Shown here one piece after another: positions 10,628-21,742 of a stretch of DNA of 64,000 nt. Origin of the DNA: Monocercomonoides exilis PA203 (taxonomy: Eukaryota > Protista > Preaxostyla); assembly GCA_001643675.2 (NCBI GenBank), contig LSRY02000015.1, positions 248,001 to 312,000 on the forward strand, read 5' to 3'. The notes under the pieces were generated by a model. That model was given only the letters and a program-made list of their open reading frames with translations, had not been told where the DNA came from and made no database searches. Each line of letters opens with the position of its first letter. Positions within the stretch are counted from its first letter, which is position 1. The position numbers were made by a program, and so were the translations under genes.

Positions 10628-13600
10628 ATGAATGTGCATTTGCGGTATTTGGTGTTCTTGCTCCTTGCAAACATGTTTGAAATCCAAGGCGTTTCTGGAA
10701 GTTCCACATGGAAAAGCGAAGGTTTCCTCTCAAATGTTCATTTTTCTAATTATCATGCTTTCTCAGGCCAAGACAATGCAAATGATGCTCGATTCCCATC
10801 AAAGGGAGATGACAACTGTTTATTTGAACAGAAAAATGTTCCAGAAGTGAAAAAGTGGCAGTCAGGAAGATTATCAGTGATTAATGCATTTTTGGGATTC
10901 TACAATTCCACGGTTGGACTGAAAATTTTGGCATTTGAATATTCTTCTCCATCATGTGTGCAAATAATAGACAAGTCAAGTGTAGTGATGGAATCGTGTG
11001 TTTCCCACCAAAAATCAACAACTCCTTTTCTTTTGCAAAGTGGGTCAATCAACATTGTGAATTTCACTATGATCCCTCAAATCAGTCTTTGTTCCAGAAG
11101 TCTCGTATTTTCATCTGATGATTCAAATTCGGTCGTTTTGAGAAATTCCATCATGGCAGATATGGCTGTTTCCTCTTCAGATTATTTCTTATTGTCTGGT
11201 CAGAGCAAAAGTGAACAGATTGATAATTGTGTCTTCAGGAACATGTCTGTGAAATCTGACAAAAGCAGTGATTATAAAATGGAACGTTTTTGCCATCAAA
11301 GTTCAATGGAGAGCTGCCTCATTTATTCGTGTGTGAATGTGTTTGAAGGAGGGATCTCAGATGGATCGCTTTCATCAGAGGAATTTATCTGCAGAAACAC
11401 ATCAATAAGCTTTGGGAAAAGAGAAACGAATGCTCTTGAGAAAAAAGGACAGATGAATATAACCGATTGCCAATCATTTTCGTTGTGTGAATGGACTGAT
11501 TGCACAGCACCGCAAGGAGGTGCTCTTTATGTGCATGACAATGAAAATGCCATTCTGAAAGTTGAAAATTCGTCATTCACAAGATGCAATGCTTCTTCGA
11601 AAAGAGGGGGTGGAATATATGCTTTGAATGTTGCAGAATGCATTGTCCTTCATTCTGCGTTCCTTCAATGTTCATGTGCTGCTATAGATACAGACTGTGG
11701 TGGTGGAGGAATAATGATTGAGAACGTCAACATGCAACCAATGGTTGATAATTGTTTATTTAACAACTGTTCTTCAGGCGACGATGGAGGGGCAATTGAT
11801 CTTCGTCCAACGATGACAAAAAAACAGAAGAAATGCATTGTTAATTCATTCTTTATAAACTGCAAAGCAAATCACACAAGCTCATCCACTGGAGGTGCAA
11901 TTGAGCATTGGGACTGCATTGACAAGGTTGTAATTTCAAATTGTTTGTTTCGGAATTGCCATTCCATGTGTGGAGGAGGTGCAGTTTGTCAATGGATTAA
12001 TGAGAATAATAACGGAATTTTGTTTTACTACTGTTTTTTCCATAATAATACATGCGTAAAGGGAGGACATGACGTTGTTCTCTATGATTCCACTGAAAAC
12101 AATATTGATTCCAGCTGTTTTTCAACCAAGAAAACATCAAACAGAGTTAGCACAAAATTCAGCTCAGTTGTTGACAAAAGCGATTCACTTCGAAACGATT
12201 TTGGAAGAATCAGATTTGTTTCCTCTGTGCAAACACAATTAAATGCCAAAGACACATATGCCTGTGGGCTGGATAAAAGCTATCCTTGCAACACCATCAG
12301 CCATTGTTTAACACAATTGATTCCAGACTTTGTCACCAATGTTGAAGTATTTTCAGAGACGATAGGAGAGACGAAGAGCGTGGACTGTGGAACAAACTCT
12401 TTCACAATATATGGTCAAAGTGATTCAACAACAACTGTGCAGACAGAATTGGAAGCAGCTGGGTTGACTCTTTTTTCAGTCTCGACAGGAGCATTGACAG
12501 TCAATGATCTTGCCCTTGTGCATGACTCAGCATATGAAAATAATCGAGCCTCAAGGCTGTTTGAGATCACTGGAACTGGAAAGATGCATGTTAGCAGACT
12601 GAACATATCTGTTGGAAGCGGGCACTCAACAGAAACAGCATTCACCACAGAACTGATAAATGTTCAGGGAGGAATATATCAAATGGAAAACGTGAACTGG
12701 GCAAAGACCCTCTCAACAACTTCGCTGATTTCGCTTTCTTCGACAAATGAGATTTCATTGACACTTTCAGTGTGCACATTTTCTGGGATGGAAAGAACAA
12801 GGAATGGAGCAGCTGTGATGTCGTTTTCCAACGACAAGGCAAACATCGATCTGGATTCTTGCACTTTTGAAAGATGCGGAAGCACAACATCAGAAAATGG
12901 AGGATCGATGATGCTATGTGTGGGAGAAGCAAATGAAGTGAAAGTGGAAGGTGGATCTTTCGATGAGTGCTTTTGTTCTTCTTCCAATGGTATTGGAGGA
13001 GGAATTCTTCTTCGATTGATAAAGGAAAATCCAGATTTCCTGATTTCTTCTTCCTTTGGCACAAACACAGCCAAGTGGGGAAGAGATCTTTTCGTTCTTT
13101 CTCAAAATCTGGAAGTGACTTCAAAGTCACAAAAAATCGCATGCGTCACTGCCTCTTTGGATTCTTTTGATAAAGTTCGAGGATATGAAAACGGAAACAC
13201 GAGTTTGGCGATCCCTCTGTGCATCTATCTCCTTCCCACTCCAGAAGACATTTATGTGAGCAATACCGAGGCATATGATCATTCACATTGTGGAATTGTC
13301 CAATTCCCTTGTTTGACAATGAAGCACTCACTCACACGACAAACAGGAACAAAGAAAATTGTTGTGAATGGAATGATTTCAATGAGCGATGAATTGGCAT
13401 TTGAAGAAAAGAAACATGAAATCAGAGGAAATGATGAACAAAGTGGCTGGACAGTCTCTGATGCAAATGAAACATCCAATTCAGCGATGATAACAGCAAA
13501 TGTTGAAACAGAATTATCAAAGCTCATATTCTCTCTTCCTTCTTCTCTTTCATCACACTCCACTTTCATTTCTTCATCTTCACAACTGACTATGTCTCAT

Positions 13601-16600
13601 TGTTCGCTTTTCCTTCAAGACCATTCATCTGAATTGGCATTGCTATTCTTATCTGTTGAGTCTGGGACATTGGCTATCGACTCGTTTTCAGCTTCATCAA
13701 TCACTTTGAGTGGAAATCCATTGATCTCGTTGAGAAGAAGCACAACAAACACAGAGTTGATGAACATTCAGTGGTTGAACATGACGAACTGCAATTTCAC
13801 AGAAATCGAAAGAGCAGCTGGAAGTGGAGGCTGTGTGAGCATCGATAACAGCAATGATGAAGATTCAAATGGAGAAATAAATATTGAAGAATGTGATTTT
13901 GAAGAATGTTCTGTTTTGGCTGAGGGAAGCAGAGGAGGGGCTATCAATGCTAAGTTGAAAGGGAATATTCAAATGAATATCACTTCATGCACATTTACAG
14001 GATGCACAGCACCAGCTGGAGAAGAGAAGACTGGGTTTGGAGGAGGGATGGCACTGAAGTTGATCGATGGCCTTTCTTCATTTGTGATCTCATCCCCTGT
14101 TTTTGTGGAAGACAAGCCAAATGTTGCGAAATACGGAAATGACCTGTTTGTTGAGGCATTCAACTTGACAAAGAGCATCACAAACACCTCTCTTCCATTT
14201 GTATCTGGGCATCTGTCTGATATTTCGTTGGATTCTATGAGAGGGTTTGATGGGAATGATACTGAGAATGCTATTCCACTGATTTATTTCTGGAGAGCAA
14301 TTGGCTCAGGGATATTTATCAGAGATGATGGAAAAGATGTATGCATTTGCGGGTTTTCGGATTATCCATGCCTGTCAATTGATTATTCACAAACAAGATT
14401 GACTGAAGGAAACGAAAGGATAATCAGCGTTATTGGGAAGGGGATTCTTCAGAAGAGTGTTGATGTGAGTGGGTTTTCAATAAGCTCAAATAATACAGAC
14501 ATGTGCTCTTTGGAATGTCTCTCATCTCTTGAAGGAGCAGAAGGAGCAGCAATGAAGATTTCTGGAATTACCAATTTCGAGCTAATTAACTTTGTGATTC
14601 CATCTTCATTCACAGGTGGAGTCAATTATTTGATGCATGTTGGATCAAGTGAAGGGATATTGACCGTGAAAGACTGCTCATTCTCAAAAAATGAAGAAAG
14701 TGGAGAAGACACGATTATGTTTGGACTGATAAAGGCAGAAAGAGGCACAGTTCAATTGGAATTTGTGTCAATGCAATCACTTAGCTTTTCAAAGGATGTT
14801 ATTTCTGTGCTGTCAACAACAACATTGAACATTAAAAACCTTACGATGAAGAAAATTGAGCTAGATGGATCAAGTGGATTGAGGATATCAAAGAGTTCAG
14901 GGAGAGAAAAAAATGAAGTTGAACAAGATGTTATCGTTGAGTGGAATTCATTGGAAGAAATCACCCAGAACACAACAGATGATATTCCCATCATCCGAAA
15001 TGACAACGATGATACGCCTTTGAAAATGGTGATTCGAAACACAACGATGAAGAAGTGTGGCGGAACGAGGTGTGGAAAGGGAGGAGGGATGTTTTGTGTA
15101 TTGAATGAGGGAGGAAAGTTTGACTGCTCATTTTGCACGATTTCTGAGTGCTTCTGCTCCACCACAGGAAGAGGCGGGTGGCTGTTTCTGGAATGTACCT
15201 CGGTGGTTGAGCAGCCTCTGAACTTTGTTCTCTCAAACATCACATTCAGAGGCAACTCTGCATTGAGAGGGAGAGATGTGTATGTGAGATGCCATTCAAT
15301 CGAAACACAAATAGTTGATGAACAATTCCTTTTGGATTTCAGAACACCATTTGTGAAGGAGCTGGCAATATGGGGATGCACAACAGACTCGTTTGTTGGG
15401 GAAGAGGATCTTCTGCTGAGGGTTGTGAAATATCAGAGTGAGACGATATTTGTTTCTTCAGCAACGGGCAACCATGGAGATAGCAAGCAATGTGGAGAGT
15501 TCAATGCTCCATGCCACTCATTGGATGTTGGAGTTCAACACATCATTCCATCATCATATTCTCAACTGTTGATCTCGAAGGAGACAGTTATTGTTGGGAA
15601 ATGTGATGTGCATGATGTGATCATTCGCTCACTTGAGTCTCCCTCAACTGCTTTGGTGCATCTGAACTCAACAATTGCTGGCAATGAGGGCAGTCTTCTC
15701 AAAACTTCTGAGAAAGTTCGGATTGAGAGTGTGAAATTCAACTTTGACCAGTCATTTTCATATTCAGGCAGCTCTATTATCCATGAAGCAAGTGGGCAGC
15801 TTTCTCTTTCATTTGTTGACTTCGCATCTGTTGGAGAATCAAACAACAATCAACTTGTTGTTGTTTTCAACTCAACATTACTGAGCATTTCAAAAGGGAT
15901 TCTTCATGTTGACAACTGTTCAATATCAATGCTTTCATTCAAGAAGACTTCATTTCTGCTAAATGGAGATGAGGTCTCATTCACAAATATGAAGCTGGAA
16001 CAGATAGAATCAACAACAAATTTATTTGAATTTGGCAATTGTGGAAGTGTTGTGCTGAATGGAATTGATGCTGATGGAGTGAAGTTGTCTGAAGGTTGCA
16101 TCATTTTGATTGGCAGCTCAACTTCGGGAAGTGTTTCGGTTGGAAGCTCCTCATTCAAGAACTGCTCGAGGAATTCAGAAGGGGCTTCTGTTCTTTCTTC
16201 TTCCTCGACATCTGCTCAAATTGTTCTTTCAAATTGTTCCTGTTCAAATTGTGATTCTCTGTCAAGCAAAGGAAGCATGATGGAGATGAACAATACGAAG
16301 GATGTTTTGATAGATTCGTGTCGATTTGTTGGAGTTCTTGCAAAAGAAAGTGAAAGAAAGAGAAATAATGCATTTGAAGAACTTTGTAAGTGGAATAGTT
16401 CGGTTGTTGATTTCTTAAGCAGTTCTGTGATGATGAAAGATACAACAATCTGCAACTCATCAAAGGGAGGGATAACAGTGAGTGGAGGATCTTTGATGAT
16501 TGAGAAAGGAGAGTATTCAAACAACAATCCATTCATTGAAAAATATCCTTCTCTTCGTCGAAACATCATTTGTTCAGACTCTTCTTCATTGACCATTTTC

Positions 16601-18391
16601 AGTTTGAAAGGAGGAGATGGAGTGAAGGATGACTCATCGATGTGGATATTGAATGAAGGATGTCTGTTTGAAGGGATTGTTTCTGAAAGAGCATCACCAT
16701 TTTTCATTCCAGTGTTGGAGGGTGTTGAAGCAAATGAGAAAGGAGAAGAAGTTGAGGTTGTATTCAAAGGGAAGCTTCTTCTCCCGTGCAACTTGTCATT
16801 CATGGTTGTGAAACAGATTGGAGATGAAAAGCAGATCGAAAAGTTTGTGTTTGATGAGAGTGGATATGTTTCGGAGACAAAAGTTAGAGGGAGATTGGCA
16901 AGGGAGATGATAAGTGAGGCAGGAGATGAGGCAGAAGTGAGAGTGAGCATTCTGTTTGGAGATGCTGACAAGCAATCATCAACTGATCCTTTTATTCTGA
17001 AGAACAGAAGTGAGCCCAGGGTTAATGGAGATGAAAGGATTGTTGAAGGAGGAAAAGAAGGGAAATCATATTGGTTGTTGATTGTTTGCATTGTGATTGT
17101 TGTAATACTGCTTGTGGTCATTATTGTTCTGGCTGTTCGATGGAAGAAGGTTAAGAATGAAGCAGAAGATCTGAGAGAGATTGTGAACGATAATATCAGA
17201 AAGGATCCGAAAGCGTTTGAGATGGTGACAATGGAGATGTCACCTGAGGAGCAGTGGAGGAGAGCAGAGAATGAGGCAGAGAAGAAGAATGATGTGAGGA
17301 TGAAGAAGAGGGTGTATGCGAAAAGCTTGGAACATTCAGAGTCATCAGAGCATCTTCTTTCTGAGAGTGGCTCCACTGAATATATATTGGGAAAAGATTC
17401 TGATAAGATCCCAGAATGGGCATTGGAGAAGGTTGAAGAAGAGGAAATTAGAAAACAGACTCCTTCTCCATCCATTTCTTCGACATGCTCAACTGACTCA
17501 GATTCCACATTTGTTCGAGGGGAGGATTTGTGCCCAACCACCTCATCGATGTCGAACTTGGTGGATGCAATGGCCTGTTCATCTCCTCACGAGAAACTGA
17601 TTGTGGACTTGAGGGATTCACTGTTCATGCTGCTTCATGGGCTGAACAAGACAAAGGAAATGCCGATTGGCACATTGAAAGAAAGAGAGCAAACAGCTGC
17701 CCAGATCCTGTTCTGGGTGGCTAACCTTGCACTTCACTCGTTTGATGAAATGGAAAACCCTCTTCAATCTCTTTCCAATCTGAGTCCTCACATTGTTCTT
17801 TTCTCCGAACACATGGTGATCTGCATTGTGATGCATTCAGACTTATTGTCAGATGATGATTCAGATTCCTCATCCATCTCATCATCAACAGTTGTGACAT
17901 CTGCCAGTGGCAACGATGATGATGACTCCCTTCCCTCGTCTGCCTTTGAGGATGAAGATAGTTTCAAAAAAGAGTGTCTGAGGTGGAAGGCACCAGAGCT
18001 GCAGATAAACAAGAAGATGGGAGCAACAAAGGAGTCAGTGTCATTCTCGATTGGGATGATGCTGTGGGAATGTTTGACTCTTCAAATCCCATTTGGCGAA
18101 TATGAGGCAGAGGTTGCAGGGCAGAAGATCGTGAATGGGGAAAGACCCCCACTGGAGATAATTGGAGGGAGTTCGAAGTTGGACATTGTAAAGAGTTGTC
18201 TGGAACAGAACAGCCAGTGTCGAGGAACATTGAATGGATTGAAAAGAGAGCTCATTCAGGGATTTCCACCAGGTGCCTTGATAATGACGATTTCTGATGC
18301 AATCACACTTGAGCCAGACAGTGGGATTGAGAGTGGGAATGGTGAGGAAAATGGTTCTTTGTGCACAAACAGCACAACAACTGTCAAATGA
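10628..18391 (+). CDS. Large receptor-like protein: signal peptide, repeated Cys-rich/beta-helix (GGA..FxxN/C) ectodomain, single TM, C-terminal pseudokinase
   Basis: Uninterrupted 2,587-aa ORF from ATG 10628. Hydrophobic N-terminus; four CGxxxxPCx(I/M/L) modules; TM WLLIVCIVIVVILLVVIIVLAV followed by RWKK; kinase C-lobe motifs WKAPE, SFSIGMMLWECLT..PF and GERP. Confidence 0.9.
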   Translation: MNVHLRYLVFLLLANMFEIQGVSGSSTWKSEGFLSNVHFSNYHAFSGQDNANDARFPSKGDDNCLFEQKNVPEVKKWQSGRLSVINAFLGFYNSTVGLKILAFEYSSPSCVQIIDKSSVVMESCVSHQKSTTPFLLQSGSINIVNFTMIPQISLCSRSLVFSSDDSNSVVLRNSIMADMAVSSSDYFLLSGQSKSEQIDNCVFRNMSVKSDKSSDYKMERFCHQSSMESCLIYSCVNVFEGGISDGSLSSEEFICRNTSISFGKRETNALEKKGQMNITDCQSFSLCEWTDCTAPQGGALYVHDNENAILKVENSSFTRCNASSKRGGGIYALNVAECIVLHSAFLQCSCAAIDTDCGGGGIMIENVNMQPMVDNCLFNNCSSGDDGGAIDLRPTMTKKQKKCIVNSFFINCKANHTSSSTGGAIEHWDCIDKVVISNCLFRNCHSMCGGGAVCQWINENNNGILFYYCFFHNNTCVKGGHDVVLYDSTENNIDSSCFSTKKTSNRVSTKFSSVVDKSDSLRNDFGRIRFVSSVQTQLNAKDTYACGLDKSYPCNTISHCLTQLIPDFVTNVEVFSETIGETKSVDCGTNSFTIYGQSDSTTTVQTELEAAGLTLFSVSTGALTVNDLALVHDSAYENNRASRLFEITGTGKMHVSRLNISVGSGHSTETAFTTELINVQGGIYQMENVNWAKTLSTTSLISLSSTNEISLTLSVCTFSGMERTRNGAAVMSFSNDKANIDLDSCTFERCGSTTSENGGSMMLCVGEANEVKVEGGSFDECFCSSSNGIGGGILLRLIKENPDFLISSSFGTNTAKWGRDLFVLSQNLEVTSKSQKIACVTASLDSFDKVRGYENGNTSLAIPLCIYLLPTPEDIYVSNTEAYDHSHCGIVQFPCLTMKHSLTRQTGTKKIVVNGMISMSDELAFEEKKHEIRGNDEQSGWTVSDANETSNSAMITANVETELSKLIFSLPSSLSSHSTFISSSSQLTMSHCSLFLQDHSSELALLFLSVESGTLAIDSFSASSITLSGNPLISLRRSTTNTELMNIQWLNMTNCNFTEIERAAGSGGCVSIDNSNDEDSNGEINIEECDFEECSVLAEGSRGGAINAKLKGNIQMNITSCTFTGCTAPAGEEKTGFGGGMALKLIDGLSSFVISSPVFVEDKPNVAKYGNDLFVEAFNLTKSITNTSLPFVSGHLSDISLDSMRGFDGNDTENAIPLIYFWRAIGSGIFIRDDGKDVCICGFSDYPCLSIDYSQTRLTEGNERIISVIGKGILQKSVDVSGFSISSNNTDMCSLECLSSLEGAEGAAMKISGITNFELINFVIPSSFTGGVNYLMHVGSSEGILTVKDCSFSKNEESGEDTIMFGLIKAERGTVQLEFVSMQSLSFSKDVISVLSTTTLNIKNLTMKKIELDGSSGLRISKSSGREKNEVEQDVIVEWNSLEEITQNTTDDIPIIRNDNDDTPLKMVIRNTTMKKCGGTRCGKGGGMFCVLNEGGKFDCSFCTISECFCSTTGRGGWLFLECTSVVEQPLNFVLSNITFRGNSALRGRDVYVRCHSIETQIVDEQFLLDFRTPFVKELAIWGCTTDSFVGEEDLLLRVVKYQSETIFVSSATGNHGDSKQCGEFNAPCHSLDVGVQHIIPSSYSQLLISKETVIVGKCDVHDVIIRSLESPSTALVHLNSTIAGNEGSLLKTSEKVRIESVKFNFDQSFSYSGSSIIHEASGQLSLSFVDFASVGESNNNQLVVVFNSTLLSISKGILHVDNCSISMLSFKKTSFLLNGDEVSFTNMKLEQIESTTNLFEFGNCGSVVLNGIDADGVKLSEGCIILIGSSTSGSVSVGSSSFKNCSRNSEGASVLSSSSTSAQIVLSNCSCSNCDSLSSKGSMMEMNNTKDVLIDSCRFVGVLAKESERKRNNAFEELCKWNSSVVDFLSSSVMMKDTTICNSSKGGITVSGGSLMIEKGEYSNNNPFIEKYPSLRRNIICSDSSSLTIFSLKGGDGVKDDSSMWILNEGCLFEGIVSERASPFFIPVLEGVEANEKGEEVEVVFKGKLLLPCNLSFMVVKQIGDEKQIEKFVFDESGYVSETKVRGRLAREMISEAGDEAEVRVSILFGDADKQSSTDPFILKNRSEPRVNGDERIVEGGKEGKSYWLLIVCIVIVVILLVVIIVLAVRWKKVKNEAEDLREIVNDNIRKDPKAFEMVTMEMSPEEQWRRAENEAEKKNDVRMKKRVYAKSLEHSESSEHLLSESGSTEYILGKDSDKIPEWALEKVEEEEIRKQTPSPSISSTCSTDSDSTFVRGEDLCPTTSSMSNLVDAMACSSPHEKLIVDLRDSLFMLLHGLNKTKEMPIGTLKEREQTAAQILFWVANLALHSFDEMENPLQSLSNLSPHIVLFSEHMVICIVMHSDLLSDDDSDSSSISSSTVVTSASGNDDDDSLPSSAFEDEDSFKKECLRWKAPELQINKKMGATKESVSFSIGMMLWECLTLQIPFGEYEAEVAGQKIVNGERPPLEIIGGSSKLDIVKSCLEQNSQCRGTLNGLKRELIQGFPPGALIMTISDAITLEPDSGIESGNGEENGSLCTNSTTTVK

Positions 18392-19337
18392 AAAGAAGGT
18401 TCAAACTTTCATATCAGAGAGAGAAAGTTGAAAATCAGAAAATGGAGAATGTAGATTTTTGAGAGGAAAAGAATGAACAAATAAGTTATTTCGCTTATGA
18501 ATGGCTGACACCATCAATCACCACGATTTATTTCTTTCTTTTGATTTGTGATATCACTAGAAATATTTTTGTTAGAAAAATGGGAAGGTGCACACGTTGT
18601 GTGTTTTTCTTTTGTTTTGAATTGAAGATTTGAGTTTGTTTGATATTTTAATTTAAATTGTCAATTTGGACTGCTGTGCTTTTTGTTTCTTCTGAAGTCT
18701 GACTTCGCCTTGGTTTTTGAAATTTGTCACAAGATTTTCGACCATTTTGTTATAATTCATGTTTGTCACAATTTACATTTCACACAAACACATTGATATA
18801 TTTCACTTTTGTGTTTTCGTGTTACCATTTGACTTCTAATTTTTGTTCATTTGTTATTCAATATTTTGTATTTTGCGTTTGTAATATGTATTTCCATTGA
18901 GTTTTATTGAGTTTATATAATCAGTAACCAGCTTTTTGAAGCACTATTTTTATATATTCAATCCTTCTTTGCACTTTTCACTCACACTTTGAGCTTTTTT
19001 CAAAATCTTCTTTTGTTTTGAATCAGCTTTAATCATTTCGTTTTATTAACAATTTTCAACAAAGAAACAATTATTAAATTAACTTCCATTCAATTCATCA
19101 AAAATAATTCAAATTTGAGTGTTGTGAATGAATTCGAATGCTGGGAAATACAATCGCAAATATCTTTTTGTTTTCAATTGATGATGTTTGTTCTTTGCAC
19201 AAAAATTATCATTGAAATTAAAACGGTATAACTTGATATGTCTTCAAAAAATTTGTGGTTCAATATTCAAAGAATTTTATTGAAAGAAATTTCAAATTTT
19301 AGAAAGTTGTGAAATTTCTGTGTCTAAATGATAAAAA

Positions 19338-19338
<1 letters not shown>

Positions 19339-19382
<44 letters not shown>
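19339..19382. repeat. Poly(T) homopolymer
   Basis: Run of about 44 T. Confidence 0.95.
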
Positions 19383-19383
<1 letters not shown>

Positions 19384-21077
19384 CTTTCTAAAAAAGACAG
19401 ATAATTAACAAACATTTTTCGAAGTGAAAAATGGAGAGTGTTTGAATTTGATTTTTCACCACACTCATAAATACAAATATGAAAATGTATTTGCATTATT
19501 GTTTTCAATTAATGGAAAGTGTTATTAAGCCGTTTGAAATAAGCATTTCATTTTTTGACCAATGTTTGAAAGCTATTTGCACAATTTCACCATTTAACTT
19601 GAACTTTCACAGAAGTCCTTTCATCATGTTTTGAGGTGTTAACATTTTCTGTTTGATGAATTATTTGAAAACTTGACGAAAAACATTGAATGATTAATTG
19701 TCACAAAAAATTGCACTTTTTGGACTTCATAAAGATTGAGCAGAATAATAAAAAAAAAAAATAAAAAATATTTTGTGTGAATGCATAGTCAAAATTGCAT
19801 TTGAATATTTTCTGAATAAGCCGTTTTTTTAATAATAAAAACTTGAATGATTATTTTATAAACATATTTCTTCAATCAATAATTTCTGTTCGAAATATTT
19901 CTTTGAATATTAACAAATGTTCACCAAAAAGTGAGAAGGCTTAGAACTTTTATCTTTTTTTTCAGTAAAGACATTGGCTTTTGAAACAGGTGGGATAAAT
20001 TCGTGATTTGAATGCATAACACCTTTCCATTTTCAAACGACATTTGATAAATTAAACCCCCGAAAAAAGTCATGATTTCAAAAGAAATCACCCACTATCA
20101 GAAGACTATTTTTCATATGGGTCAAACTTCTTGCATTAATAAAAAATCAACGATTTGTTTCATTCTTTCTTGAGTAGTTTTGTAATTATTAGTCAAATGT
20201 TCTCAAGCAGCAAATTTATAGACAAATCACAGTCTTTGCTGGATATAATCACATCGGATGTTATCAAAATCGTCTATTATCTCATTTTTTGATGCACAGA
20301 CATTTTTTCCTTTTTTTCATTTCCTTTCCATCGCATATAATCACTGGGAAAACAAATATATAATCAAATTTTGTTTATAAAGGGTTCTTTTTTCATTGAA
20401 AAGTTAATTTTTTGATCAAAAATTTCAATTTTTATAATTTTTTTAAATTATGTTCAAATAAGTCTATATAATGAGCATTAATGATAAAAATTGTTCAATC
20501 AAGTGAGAAATGTGTATTTGTGATGAATTTTCAAATATTGAAAAATTGACCCTAAATTAATTAATTAATAAACTATTGATTGTTTTTTTCAATGGAATGT
20601 CACATCGCATGTTGTCACAATCGTATATTATCACAAAATGTTGTGCAATGACCGATGTGATAATATCCAATTTTTGTTTTATTTGTTTGATTGTTGACTT
20701 TTTCGAATTGTTTTTTTATTTAATGAAGTATCTGTTATTTAAAAAATTCGAAAAGAATGAAAGAAAAAAAAAGAAATGATGAATGTTTACTTCTAGAAAA
20801 AAATTGTAAAATATTATTTGAAAAGATATAATAAATGGAAACAAACTTCTGTTAATTCGAAGCAAAGAAAAAACTTCGTTTAATATAATCAAGTGAAAAT
20901 TGTCATTAAATAAAATGAACACAAAAGGAGCAAAATATAACACTCCAGGTATTTAAAAATGAAAAAAATATACTATGAAAATGAACTTTTCGTGAACAAA
21001 AATAATGAACAAAAAGAGTTTTATTTGTTAATTCCTTTGAAATCACAAAACTCAATGAAATGATATCAATAACACCT

Positions 21078-21524
21078 GCACCTCTGTGACATGACAAATC
21101 ACTTGAAGCCTCGTCTGTCACAAAAAAAAGTTTTTTAATTTTCGATTTATATAAACCAAACGATTGTTTATACTTCTAAAGACTTTTCAAAGCACTTTGG
21201 GGAAGATTTGTTGATAGCATTTGAAATATCTGGTTGTTTTTTTCTTTATTGTCAGTGACAATCACAGACAAATTGTGACAAATATATTCCTCAACTGACA
21301 TTTCCTGTCAAAAAAATACATATTGGGAAACAGATCATATCAATTAAAAATTAAATTTTTATTTTAATAATAATTTGAATTGCAACATGAAGATTTTCAA
21401 ATAAATTATTATTGTAATTAAGAATCATGAAATCGTAACGAATATTTTTTTTTGACAAATCACAAATATCTTATCAGTCATTTTGTCATTTTTTCAACTT
21501 TCTATTGTCATGTCACAGAGGTAC
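21078..21524. mobile_element. MITE (~447 bp) with 18-bp perfect TIR and 8-12 bp TSD, Mutator/hAT-like
   Basis: acctctgtgacatgacaa (21080-21097) and ttgtcatgtcacagaggt (21505-21522). Flanks caataacacctg (21067-21078) and caataacacttg (21524-21535). Many internal TGTCA/TGACA motifs. Confidence 0.8.
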
Positions 21525-21698
21525 AATAACACTTGTTAACGAATGAAAAATGCCTATTTATTTTCGAAATCTGAATAAGTTAAAGAAAATTATGAGTGAA
21601 ACAAAGATTTGATGTTTTGCTCTAAAAAAAACATGAAAATCTTCATTTTTCTGCAATTGTTCTAACAATTTTTAAAAAAAAATTCCACAAAATCAAGA

Positions 21699-21702
<4 letters not shown>

Positions 21703-21734
<32 letters not shown>

Positions 21735-21742
21735 AACAACAA
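21703..21742. repeat. (CAA)n microsatellite
   Basis: Tandem caa units. Confidence 0.9.

Larger units (their letters stand above)
2054..18147 (+). repeat. Segmental duplication, copy A (direct repeat of ~44303-59352)
   Basis: Colinear similarity, e.g. cactttcgatattgttt near 2086/44364 and ttgaaagaaatgaatattgtc at 2428/47319. It continues through the large receptor gene to gaaagacc at 18147/59352. Confidence 0.9.

Noticed and set aside
16216-17541. Long antisense ORFs (441 aa here, 443 aa at 57415-58746) present in both paralogs
   Set aside because: They are shadows of the sense receptor ORF caused by codon bias, with no independent motifs.
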